Below are positions 38,557-47,499 of a stretch of 64,000 nt of DNA, in pieces (positions within the stretch are counted from its first letter, which is position 1; every line of letters begins with the position of its first letter). Made by a program: the position numbers and the translations under genes. The stretch spans positions 2,642,155 through 2,706,154 of the forward strand of contig CP070695.1 of assembly GCA_020353515.1 (NCBI GenBank). The letters run 5' to 3'. The DNA comes from Candidatus Heimdallarchaeota archaeon (GTDB lineage Archaea; Asgardarchaeota; Heimdallarchaeia; Hodarchaeales; Hodarchaeaceae). The notes under the pieces are model-generated. The model saw nothing but the letters and a program-made list of their open reading frames with translations. It was not told the origin of the DNA and made no database searches.

Positions 38557-38844
38557 ATGCAATATTACATGAGTGTATCTGAGATTCAAGATCGAGTTAG
38601 AACATTGATCAATCATTTCACTGGCAGTTATAGCGTGAAATCACCCTTTTTCAACCCAAAACTGGTAAATTCACTCCAAAAAATGGTGGATCCCAACCTT
38701 TTAAATAATGAAAAAGTAGCTGAAGAAATAATTACTACTTTTTTAAATTCCATAATTTTAGCTGGACAGTTGGGCATTGATATTGAAACAAAGGTGAATG
38801 AATACCTTATCCAACTTGAAAGAGAAGCTCTCTTTGCAATGTGA
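38557..38844 (+). CDS. Degenerate MazG-like (all-alpha NTP-PPase fold) protein
   Basis: VSEIQDRV...LAGQLGIDIE; GGTGA SD before ATG 38557. Confidence 0.5.
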   Translation: MQYYMSVSEIQDRVRTLINHFTGSYSVKSPFFNPKLVNSLQKMVDPNLLNNEKVAEEIITTFLNSIILAGQLGIDIETKVNEYLIQLEREALFAM

Positions 38845-38887
38845 CTTTTTGATAATATTCTATCTCACTAAATAGTATAGTGGTAAT

Positions 38888-40009
38888 TTAGACAAAGAGG
38901 GCAACTATCGAATCAAGGGTAATAATTCCGAGAAGTAAACTCCCTAAGACACCTAAAACTAGGCATCCTAGTCCACCAAAAATAGGTAAAGGAAGACCAG
39001 GTAGAGCACGATCCTTTTTTAATAATCTAAAGGTAAGAATTGCTCCTGTGAAGAGTCCAACCAGCGAAGCAAAAAGGGGAACTGGAGTAGCTAATTCGCT
39101 GCCTATTACTACCGCAGCACTGATTAACATACTAAAAAATGCAAAATCGCCTAAACCAATATTTATTAAAGGAGTAGAATAAACAGGGAGAGCTGGTAAT
39201 AAAGGTACTTTCTCAAATTCCCCCTCTTCAACATGAAGAGCCATATCATTTTCGATTTGCTCTACAGTTTCACGTCCATGGTCAATAATTCCTTTTAATG
39301 GACCACGAAACACGGCATAAATATCATACAATGATAAACCTATTAAAATGAGAACCGTTGTAAGTAAACCAAGATGTATCGCTAGCATTGAACCAATCAT
39401 TGCCCCAAAAAATATCATCATCAAATTTCGGATCCAAATCTTATCAAAACTCTGAATTCCGAATGTAAAGGTTCCTAGAAAACCTAAGAGTATGGAAAAA
39501 AGCCATAACAATATTTCTACAATAGAGATTTTTTGTGTTCCAATCGCCACACTCCATCTAAAAAAATCATCAATCCAATTCTGAATGAAGGAAGGAAATA
39601 TGGTCCAGAATAGGTTTAGTACTCCAAGGAGAACAACAACTCCATAGAAGAAGCCAAAGACAAACCAGCTAAATCCCATCATCACTGCAAAGAAATAGAC
39701 CAAAAATTGCATAAATCCTTTCTTAATTATAATTAAGACTATCAGTCCTCCGATAAAAGCTAATGAAACATAGAAAATCATATTGAGTATTGCCCCATAA
39801 GCTATCCCACCAGGATCCTCTGGATTCTCTGGAATTGGTGAAATATCAGGAGGAGAATACTCTGGGTCTAATTCTTGCATTGCTGCATAGTAATCAAGTG
39901 TAAATAATGACAAAATGATTGCTATCAGGATTACGAAAATAATTGGCTGAATAAAAGCCTGTAGCTTCGCTTCAGTGGTTTCATGACTTTCGGATGTGTT
40001 TTCACTCAT
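38888..40009 (-). CDS. Presenilin-family GxGD intramembrane aspartyl protease
   Basis: SLYDIYAVFRGPLK, IGLGDFAFFS, LPGLP; about 9 TM helices. Confidence 0.92.
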   Translation of the reverse strand: MSENTSESHETTEAKLQAFIQPIIFVILIAIILSLFTLDYYAAMQELDPEYSPPDISPIPENPEDPGGIAYGAILNMIFYVSLAFIGGLIVLIIIKKGFMQFLVYFFAVMMGFSWFVFGFFYGVVVLLGVLNLFWTIFPSFIQNWIDDFFRWSVAIGTQKISIVEILLWLFSILLGFLGTFTFGIQSFDKIWIRNLMMIFFGAMIGSMLAIHLGLLTTVLILIGLSLYDIYAVFRGPLKGIIDHGRETVEQIENDMALHVEEGEFEKVPLLPALPVYSTPLINIGLGDFAFFSMLISAAVVIGSELATPVPLFASLVGLFTGAILTFRLLKKDRALPGLPLPIFGGLGCLVLGVLGSLLLGIITLDSIVALFV

Positions 40010-40076
40010 TTACTATCAAGAAAGATCCAAACATAAAGTGAAAATAAAAATAGTGGAGCGAGAACTATTCATACAA

Positions 40077-41078
40077 ATGCCGAACCTCGAAAATTTGGGA
40101 GAATTTAACATCATCAATCTCCTACAAACATATATTGATTCTTCTGACCTTATTGGGAGGAATGAAGACGCCTATCTTTATAGTAACAACCATCCGTATG
40201 TTCTTGTCAATGTTGACACCATGACTAGGAATTCTGATTTTCTACCAAAACAAACGTGGAAGCAATTAGGAGGAAAGCTGGTAGCAATAACTTTCTCTGA
40301 TCTAGCAGCGAAAGGAGCAACACCAGATTTGTTTATTTCATCTTTAGTCCTAGAAAAGACAATGAAGGAAAGTGAGCTTAAGGAATTAGTCGCAGCCATC
40401 CAAAAAACTAGTAATAAATATGGAGCAAAGTATTTAGGTGGCGATCTGGGGTCTTCAGTTGAAACAGTTCTAACTGGAGTAGGAATGGGTTCTATAAAAA
40501 GAGGAAAGATTTTAACTCGAAGAGATGCCAGACTTAAAGATTTAGTTTGTGTTACAGGTCATTTTGGATTGAATACTATAGGTTTAGACTATCTCTTATA
40601 TCCAGAAAATAGAAAATATGACATTATACCAGATAACCTCTTTGAGATCGGCATTTCATCTCTTTATGAACCAAAACCGAGGCTTACTGAGGGTGTTTTA
40701 CTAAGTGAAAATAGTCTTGCAACATCCTCAATTGATAGTTCTGATGGCTTGGCAATTTCATTACACTGGATTGCACAAGCTTCTCATGTTGGAATTGCAA
40801 TATATGACCTTCCAATACATCCTGAGCTGAAATCTTCATTAAATTCATTTGATACAGTTCTAGAAATTACTATGTTTGGTGGTGAGGAATATGAACTCAT
40901 TTTTACCATACCACCTGCAAATTTAGGAAAATTAGAACAAATTTTTTATGAAAATAATTGCAATTTCTACGTTATTGGTGAATGTATTGATACTCAGGGT
41001 GTTTTTGTATCTCAAAACGGAACACTAACTCCTGTACCAATGAAAGGATGGGATGCTTTCAGAAAAAAAATCTCCTAA
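40077..41078 (+). CDS. thiL: Thiamine-monophosphate kinase
   Basis: GEF.II, SDLAAKGA.P, GGD, IDSSDGL, GGEEYEL.FT; start placed at ATG 40077. Confidence 0.95.
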   Translation: MPNLENLGEFNIINLLQTYIDSSDLIGRNEDAYLYSNNHPYVLVNVDTMTRNSDFLPKQTWKQLGGKLVAITFSDLAAKGATPDLFISSLVLEKTMKESELKELVAAIQKTSNKYGAKYLGGDLGSSVETVLTGVGMGSIKRGKILTRRDARLKDLVCVTGHFGLNTIGLDYLLYPENRKYDIIPDNLFEIGISSLYEPKPRLTEGVLLSENSLATSSIDSSDGLAISLHWIAQASHVGIAIYDLPIHPELKSSLNSFDTVLEITMFGGEEYELIFTIPPANLGKLEQIFYENNCNFYVIGECIDTQGVFVSQNGTLTPVPMKGWDAFRKKIS

Positions 41079-41119
41079 AGAATATGTTTCGAGATTAATT
41101 CGATTATCTGAAAAGAGAG

Positions 41120-41192
41120 TGCGCCGACCGGGATTTGAACCCAGGTCACCTGTGTGGCAGACAGGAGTCTTACCAGGCTGGACTATCGGCGC
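41120..41192 (-). tRNA. tRNA-Gly(GCC), intron-less
   Basis: Canonical 73-nt cloverleaf. Confidence 0.96.
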
Positions 41193-41404
41193 TTGATATA
41201 ATAATATCATAAAAATGATTTACATTTGATTTTTCTTTAATAAATGCCTTTATTAGGAGAAGGATTGCATTTTATCCCCGTTTTCCTTCTTTTCATTAAT
41301 TTTTTCATTGATTCTCTTACTAATCCTGGTGAATTTTTATGAGGATTGATAATAATTTTTGACTAAATCTGAAACCTTCTTCTAATTGGATTTTATTGAG
41401 AATA

Positions 41405-42214
41405 TTATTCATTTATATTCTGAAGTTTAAGATAAATCCATTTCATTACTCCCATTAAGGTTGTTAGCTCGCGTCCCGTGACGTATCCTCGTGATAGAAC
41501 ATTTGAAAAAGCTTGTAATGCCACGTGATGTTTTTCAGGACGATATCCTGTAAAATTAATTACCTGTTCAAAATAGCTCTCTAATTGTTGTCGTTCTCTA
41601 AATGAAGCCGCTCTATGTTTTAATTTAACCTTAGAATTTTGGTAAATATCCTGGAACTTTTGAGAAAGAAAGTAAAGTATAATAGTAACAGCATGAGAGA
41701 GGTTCATGACAGGATAAGTGCTGTGAGTTGGAATAGTAACCAGTAAATCACATATACTGATCTCCTCATTAGATAAACCAGATGGTTCTCTTCCAAATAC
41801 AATTGCTATCTTATTGTAAGAAAATTCTTCTTTCAATAATCGTTCTGGAGGGATTGTTATCCTTTTCAGATTATAATCACTCCCAACTCGGGCTGTAGTG
41901 CCAATCATAAAATCGAAGCTTTCACGTACATCCTGAAGATCCATAACAAGCTGAGCTTGATTAATTATCATATCAGCACGGCGAGCAACAACCTTGATCT
42001 CTGGATTTGATAAGTCAAGAATAGGATTGGTTATTATAAGGTTTGAAAATCCAAAATTCATCATCACACGGGCAATATTACCTAAATTTTGAGGTTTGCT
42101 TGGTTGTACTAGAATTACAGACGCAAAATCCCATGTCATATTCTTTTTTAACGTATCCGAGTTAGAATTTTTGATCATTTTAATCATCTCAATGTAAAAA
42201 TGACTCCTATGCAT
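41405..42214 (-). CDS. trmJ: TrmJ-family SPOUT tRNA 2'-O-methyltransferase
   Basis: NLG.IAR.M.NFG, FGREPSGLSNEE, YPVMNLSHAV; true start probably downstream. Confidence 0.92.
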   Translation of the reverse strand: MHRSHFYIEMIKMIKNSNSDTLKKNMTWDFASVILVQPSKPQNLGNIARVMMNFGFSNLIITNPILDLSNPEIKVVARRADMIINQAQLVMDLQDVRESFDFMIGTTARVGSDYNLKRITIPPERLLKEEFSYNKIAIVFGREPSGLSNEEISICDLLVTIPTHSTYPVMNLSHAVTIILYFLSQKFQDIYQNSKVKLKHRAASFRERQQLESYFEQVINFTGYRPEKHHVALQAFSNVLSRGYVTGRELTTLMGVMKWIYLKLQNINE

Positions 42215-42437
42215 CCCATTGGAAGGAAGCTTGCTTTCTACTTGTTATTTCATTTATTAGTAAGAATTATTAGTTTACCAGTTAAGAAGCTACAATTTAG
42301 GTTATTTCTAGGAAATAAACCCTTTTTTAAAGAATTTTAGTAGTAGAATAATTAATAGTTATATCTTAAAAAAGGTAAATATTGATCCTTATCCAGCAAA
42401 TCTTGCCCCCAAAGAGTCCTGGTTATATCTCTAAGAT

Positions 42438-42599
42438 GCGGGGGTAGCCAAGCTAGGTCAAAGGCGGCATTAAATGGGCTAGATGATAGTTTAGCATATC
42501 ATAAATTAATGCGCTGTCCAAAGGCGCTGGACTTAAGATCGCTTTTGATAAGCAATCCAGTCATATAGATGTACGAGGGTTCAAATCCCTTCCCCCGCA
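42438..42599 (+). tRNA. tRNA-Leu(TAA) with two introns (D-loop 60 nt, about 42462-42521; 37/38, 17 nt, 42538-42554)
   Basis: GCGGGGG/CCCCCGC acceptor, long variable arm, perfect BHB CTTA/TAAG; removal gives 85 nt. Confidence 0.88.
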
Positions 42600-42619
42600 T
42601 TTATTCCTTGACAATCTGA

Positions 42620-43960
42620 TCAGGTGCCCTTTTCCCTTTCTCCGATAAGATATGTAGGACCAGTGTCGGTTACAAAGACAGTTAGAAACTGACCCAATGA
42701 CAGATCTCCATCCTCGATCACTATTGGTAAGTATGACGTATTTCTTCCAATATATTGATTAGCTAGCTTTCCAATTTCGTCAATTAACATAATTCCCTTC
42801 CAACCAATCCATTTCTTTAGCTCTCTTTGAGTAATCTCCCGAGTTAATCTGGTTAATTCCCTGCTTCTATTAGCTTTGACTTTTGTTGGTATCTTATCTG
42901 GTAATTTCGAAGCTAAAGTTTGTGGACGATCGGTATACTTCGATATATTTACAATAACAGGGTTTATTTCTCGTATTAGGTCTTTAGTTGCTTTGAAATC
43001 TTCTTTTGATTCTCCAGGAAATCCCACTATAATGTCAGTTGCTAATACCAATTCATCTATTTCTTGCCGTAATTGGGAAACGAGGTCAATGAAATATTGT
43101 TGTGTCTCTTTTCTTCTCATTTTTTGAAGGATTGAATTGGATCCAGACTGAATTGGTAAATGGAGAAAAGAAAAAACCTTAGGATTACGTATTTGTCGAA
43201 CTAGGGGCTTGAAAAATCTTTTCAATGTAATAGGAGTCATCATCCCTAATCGGATGAAAAACTCACCTTTTGAACGTGCGATAGAGTCAATGAGAGTTGG
43301 TATATATAGCTTAGGGGAGAGATCCCAACCATATACACCAGTATCTTGTGATGTGAGCCATATTTCTCTACTTCCCCTTTCAATTGCGGAGCCGACTTCA
43401 GCTAATATTGATTCTTGTGAGCGTGAGCGAACTGACCCCTTGATATTTCTAACAATGCAAAAAGTACAATTTCCTAAGCAACCTCGAGATATTTCAATAG
43501 TTGTAATTATAGGATTATATCGAAAACGATCTTCTTTATACATCTGTGACCAATCGTGGGGGGGTGTAGTCTTCGTCTCCAATACAGATTGGTTCTTTAA
43601 CAGCTCTGTAATCTGGTTAGCAACCTCTGGAAAAAGAATTTTTGCATGTGGTAAGTTCTCAGAAACCCAATCACGCATAACAACTGGTAAACAACCAGTT
43701 ATTATGATTTCTTTAGCTTGAGATAAAGATAATAACTTACTTTTCATTCTATGCTCTGTATTTTGCTTAACGACACATGTATTAACAATTATTACCTTAG
43801 CATCTTCTGCGAAATTGGTGAGAGTATATCCATGTCTTTGTAATATCCCTGTCAAGCCCTCTGCAATCGCACGATTTGCGCTACAACCATAATTTAGGAC
43901 ATGAATAGGATTTTTACTCTCTTCTATTGATTTCATTGCAGTACGATCCAAATTACTCAT
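42620..43960 (-). CDS. tRNA t6A37 methylthiotransferase (e-MtaB/CDKAL1 type)
   Basis: YGCSAN, NTC.VK, GC.P, CLGNCTFC radical-SAM motif, TRAM domain. Confidence 0.93.
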   Translation of the reverse strand: MSNLDRTAMKSIEESKNPIHVLNYGCSANRAIAEGLTGILQRHGYTLTNFAEDAKVIIVNTCVVKQNTEHRMKSKLLSLSQAKEIIITGCLPVVMRDWVSENLPHAKILFPEVANQITELLKNQSVLETKTTPPHDWSQMYKEDRFRYNPIITTIEISRGCLGNCTFCIVRNIKGSVRSRSQESILAEVGSAIERGSREIWLTSQDTGVYGWDLSPKLYIPTLIDSIARSKGEFFIRLGMMTPITLKRFFKPLVRQIRNPKVFSFLHLPIQSGSNSILQKMRRKETQQYFIDLVSQLRQEIDELVLATDIIVGFPGESKEDFKATKDLIREINPVIVNISKYTDRPQTLASKLPDKIPTKVKANRSRELTRLTREITQRELKKWIGWKGIMLIDEIGKLANQYIGRNTSYLPIVIEDGDLSLGQFLTVFVTDTGPTYLIGEREKGT

Positions 43961-44022
43961 CTGTGCAAAACCTTTTTTTAATGTCTGAGATCTAAATACA
44001 AGTGTGTGATTTATTCCTGAAG

Positions 44023-44172
44023 GTGTATGAGATTCGAACTGTCACTCTCTATGTAGAAGAAGAACTTATTGATGCTATGGCTGAATTAGTCAGAAATGGA
44101 AAATATCCAAATCGTTCTGAATTTGTACGTTCTGCCATTCGTGATCTCATAGACAAATATCAAGAGTCCTAG
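44023..44172 (+). CDS. Small ribbon-helix-helix protein (CdrS/CopG-like), missed by ORF track
   Basis: Hand translation: MYEIRTVTLYVEEELIDAMAELVRNGKYPNRSEFVRSAIRDLIDKYQES. Confidence 0.85.
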   Translation: MYEIRTVTLYVEEELIDAMAELVRNGKYPNRSEFVRSAIRDLIDKYQES

Positions 44173-44207
44173 AATTATTTTTAAGGGATAATCACCAATG
44201 TATTAGT

Positions 44208-45140
44208 TTAACTATTCTCTTCAATCCAATTACCGATGAGAGGAACAACACTTACTGTGGTAAGACCAATAATATTTGTTTTGATAGTGTCAGTTGCAAT
44301 TATAAGCGTGGGATTAACTTTTCGCATCGTAGCAAAGTTAGGAGGAGAATGAACTGCATGTATATAGGCCAAAATTATTTCTTTTGCACCTTTATCCTTT
44401 GCAATTTTTGCAGCACCAATCATTGTTTTTCCTGAGCTGACTAAATCGTCAATAATGATAACTGTTCGATTCTTAAGTTCGAAAGAAAGGCCTTCCAGTT
44501 TTTGGGTAATTTCCCCAGTTTCTAGATTTCTTATTTTTTGGATAGCAGCGAAATAAGGCGTGTTCATAGCTTTTGCTAGTCCTCTGGCTAAAAAAAGCGC
44601 ACCTTCGTCTGGAGAAAGACAAATACTCTCTTGAGGAGAAGAGACACGTGATTTCAAAGATTTCCCTAAAACTGGTATCGCAGAAAGATCGCTAGCCTGA
44701 GATTTTGTAAAAAAATGAGCAATATCTACCTTTCCATGAGTATGCGAATTAATGGTAATAAAATCATCTATTCCAGCAGATTCCAAAGCTGAAGCGAGAT
44801 GTTTACTTGAAATGGGTTCCCCTTTCCGAGTTTCCCTATCTTGTCTGGAATAAAGATGATATGGCATAATGCAAGATATTCGAGCAGGATTATGTCGTTT
44901 CACATTATAAATTGTCCAAAGCAGGGAAATTAAATATTGGTTCTTAGGTTGATTCAGTTCCAGCTGCATAGCTATAACAATGTGGTTTCCTTTCAGTTGA
45001 TCCTCCTCAGATAATTGTAAGCGGGGACAAACTTCGCCGTCAGGAAAAATTCTATGGTCAATTCCAACAAAAGCTGAGGATGATAATGTTTCTGAAATTT
45101 TACCCGCAAATTCTGGGTTTCCTACCAGTATAACACCCAT
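44208..45140 (-). CDS. prs: Ribose-phosphate pyrophosphokinase
   Basis: FPDGE, YSRQD, SPDEGA, IIDDLVSSGKTM; start placed at ATG 45140. Confidence 0.95.
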   Translation of the reverse strand: MGVILVGNPEFAGKISETLSSSAFVGIDHRIFPDGEVCPRLQLSEEDQLKGNHIVIAMQLELNQPKNQYLISLLWTIYNVKRHNPARISCIMPYHLYSRQDRETRKGEPISSKHLASALESAGIDDFITINSHTHGKVDIAHFFTKSQASDLSAIPVLGKSLKSRVSSPQESICLSPDEGALFLARGLAKAMNTPYFAAIQKIRNLETGEITQKLEGLSFELKNRTVIIIDDLVSSGKTMIGAAKIAKDKGAKEIILAYIHAVHSPPNFATMRKVNPTLIIATDTIKTNIIGLTTVSVVPLIGNWIEENS

Positions 45141-45276
45141 GATTAAAGAAACTCCTGCTGTTCTTACATGATCATGATGTTTGTAATGGTATATTATAGT
45201 TAATCTAAAGAGAAAATCTAAATAAAAGTACAGATCACTCAACAATCAGCTCAAGAAAGATGAAGAGAGGAGCTTT

Positions 45277-46542
45277 TTGAATAAGAAGCAAAAAAACAAC
45301 ATTGAAACTAAGAAGAATAGTAAATGGTATTCAGGGAACGTTTTATTACTGGGTCTCGTATCTTTCTTTGCAGATATATCAGGAGAAATGATGACTCCTG
45401 TATTGCCCCTGTTTATTGCTGCATTAGGTGGCTCTAGTATAGTTGTTGGATTTATCGGGGGTTTAGGAGATGCTGTTGCGAATATTGTAAAAGTCATTTC
45501 TGGGTACTTAGCTGACAAAACAGCAAGAAGAAAACAGCTGATTGCAGTAGGATATGGCATTCCTTTTTTCGCAAAGCTTGGAATTGGCCTATCAAACTCT
45601 TGGGAACAAGTACTAATCTTGAAACCGACAGAAAGGCTGGGAAAGGGAATTCGAGGTGCTCCCCGCGATTCATTATTAGCTGATTCAATCCCTTTCGAGT
45701 TAAGAGGAAAAGCTTTTGGCTTCCATCGAATGATGGACACAGCAGGAGCCATTATTGGATCATTTCTAGCATTAATTATTGCTCTTCTCTTTTTCAATGT
45801 TTTAATTAGTGAATTAGAAATTCTCAAGATTATCATAATCATATCCGCCTTCATATCATTACTTGCAGTAATTCCGATATTTTTTATCTCTGATTCAGCG
45901 GAACTAACACCTAAAGGAGAGCAACGAAAAATAAGTTTAGTCCAAAATCTTAAAGAATTGCCGAAGAGCTATTATAAATTTTTAATTGTCTCAATAATCT
46001 TTGGTTTAGCTAATTTTACTATCCTCCTGTTTATTCTACATTCAAAAAATGTTGTTCTAGGAATAGATGAGACATCACCCCCTCTTGTCTTAATAACAAT
46101 CCCAATTATTATTTTTATCTGGTTCAATATAGTTTATACGGTTTTATCAATTCCTTTTTGTGATTGGTCTTACAAGTATTGGCGGAAACCAGTTTTTGCA
46201 ATTGGTCTCGCTCTATTTGCCATTACATGTTTTGGTTTCCTATTCACTACGATTTTTATCCTGCTTTTCTTATTCTTTGGAATATATGGAGCCTTTAATG
46301 CAGCAACTGATGGAATCCAAAAAGCATTTGCAGTAGATCTACTTCCCCAAGATCTTAAAGGAACGGGAATAGGATTATTGCAGACTTTAATGGGGTTTGC
46401 AGGCATTCTTGGTGGATTTATTGCTGGTTACCTATATAATTTTGAAGCTAATCTTGCGTTTATTTATGGAGGGATTATGACAATCATTGCATTAGTTTTA
46501 TTGCTGCTAACCACCTTCACGTCTAAAGAGAGGGCTTCTTAA
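45277..46542 (+). CDS. MFS transporter
   Basis: GYLADK..RRK motif A, ERLGKGIRGAPRD; about 12 TM helices. Confidence 0.93.
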   Translation: MNKKQKNNIETKKNSKWYSGNVLLLGLVSFFADISGEMMTPVLPLFIAALGGSSIVVGFIGGLGDAVANIVKVISGYLADKTARRKQLIAVGYGIPFFAKLGIGLSNSWEQVLILKPTERLGKGIRGAPRDSLLADSIPFELRGKAFGFHRMMDTAGAIIGSFLALIIALLFFNVLISELEILKIIIIISAFISLLAVIPIFFISDSAELTPKGEQRKISLVQNLKELPKSYYKFLIVSIIFGLANFTILLFILHSKNVVLGIDETSPPLVLITIPIIIFIWFNIVYTVLSIPFCDWSYKYWRKPVFAIGLALFAITCFGFLFTTIFILLFLFFGIYGAFNAATDGIQKAFAVDLLPQDLKGTGIGLLQTLMGFAGILGGFIAGYLYNFEANLAFIYGGIMTIIALVLLLLTTFTSKERAS

Positions 46543-46632
46543 AAAATATGATTTTAATATTAGTATGATCTGTTTAACGTAAGAATTTATCCTCATATTA
46601 GTATGAGCTCCAAAACGGAAGCAAAATTTAAG

Positions 46633-46737
46633 CGGGCACAGAGGGATTTGAACCCCCGACCAACAGGTATCTTCAGTCAAATTCTTAAAATATGAACATT
46701 AAAAGCCTGTCGCTCTACCTGGCTGAGCTATGCGCCC
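46633..46737 (-). tRNA. tRNA-Lys(TTT), 31-nt intron at 37/38 (46699-46669)
   Basis: GGGCGCA/TGTGCCC acceptor, ACAGG/CCTGT stem, BHB core CTTT/GAAG. Confidence 0.93.
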
Positions 46738-46746
46738 TTAGGTTTC

Positions 46747-46854
46747 TGGCGCCCCGGTCGGGATTTGAACCCGAGTCGGATGGGTTCGGCAGACTATCAG
46801 AGTTGATAAGGCTTTGACAGCCATCAATGCTAGGCCAGACTACACCACCGGGGC
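46747..46854 (-). tRNA. tRNA-Asp(GTC), 30-nt intron at 37/38 (46814-46785), CCA encoded
   Basis: GCCCCGG/CCGGGGC-G-CCA, GATGG/CCATC stem. Confidence 0.93.
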
Positions 46855-47041
46855 TAGATACCAAGTGAAGGTCTTAATTACCTTAGCGATAAATAAGCGT
46901 CCACGTCTGTCCCTTCTTTCTCAATTTTTTAAATTGATCCTCTCTTAAAGAAGTTCCTGCATAACCTTAAAATCCTAGAGCCATTGCAAGGAAAATTGCC
47001 GAATACCCCTTCGTGTAAGGTGATTACCCCTAATTATATGT

Positions 47042-47262
47042 GCTGGGGTGGCTTAAACGATAATAATCATTTTATCGTGGCGAAGCCTGGTATAATCATA
47101 CTGTCTATAGTCAGAATGCCGAGAGCGCGGGACTCATAATCTGAGAACAATTCTCATAGCGTTCTAAGGGCACGAATCTCGCTTTCAGACGAGACATCCC
47201 GAAGTCGGGGGTTCGAATTTAGGTAAAATGCATTTTATCAAACGAAAAGCCCCCCCCCAGCA
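47042..47262 (+). tRNA. Elongator tRNA-Met(CAT) with four introns (14/15, 21/22, 37/38, 59/60)
   Basis: Exons 47042-55, 47085-94, 47123-38, 47196-217 and 47249-62 join to a 76-nt cloverleaf; each junction folds as BHB or relaxed BHB. Confidence 0.87.
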
Positions 47263-47341
47263 TGTTTATTTCAATCTAACAATTTCAGGAAATAATGTAT
47301 AGAGAAAATCAATATAACAGAAGACATGGTAATCATTATAT

Positions 47342-47448
47342 GCTCCGATAGTGTAGCTCGGCCCATCATTCAGGGCTCTCAATGAAAGTCTATTAATCAG
47401 ATTTTCAGGAGCTCCCCTGTGACCCGGGTTCAAATCCCGGTCGGAGCA
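47342..47448 (+). tRNA. tRNA-Glu(CTC), 32-nt intron at 37/38 (47382-47413)
   Basis: CAGGG/CCCTG stem, BHB core CTCT/GGAG, 9-bp outer helix. Confidence 0.94.
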
Positions 47449-47499
47449 TTCCTTATCCTTCGATAGAATCCAGAATGAGAATTTTTTCTATTTATATAC

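Noticed and set aside
41025-41210. 61-aa ORF
   Set aside because: Translation of tRNA-Gly(GCC).
45246-45854. 202-aa minus-strand ORF and the other nested or antisense ORFs in the track
   Set aside because: They overlap well-supported genes and show no motifs.
47042-47262. Initiator tRNA-Met or tRNA-Ile2(CAT)
   Set aside because: G1-C72 and the lack of three consecutive anticodon-stem G-C pairs at 29-31 exclude the initiator; the acceptor does not match the GGGCC-type Ile2.
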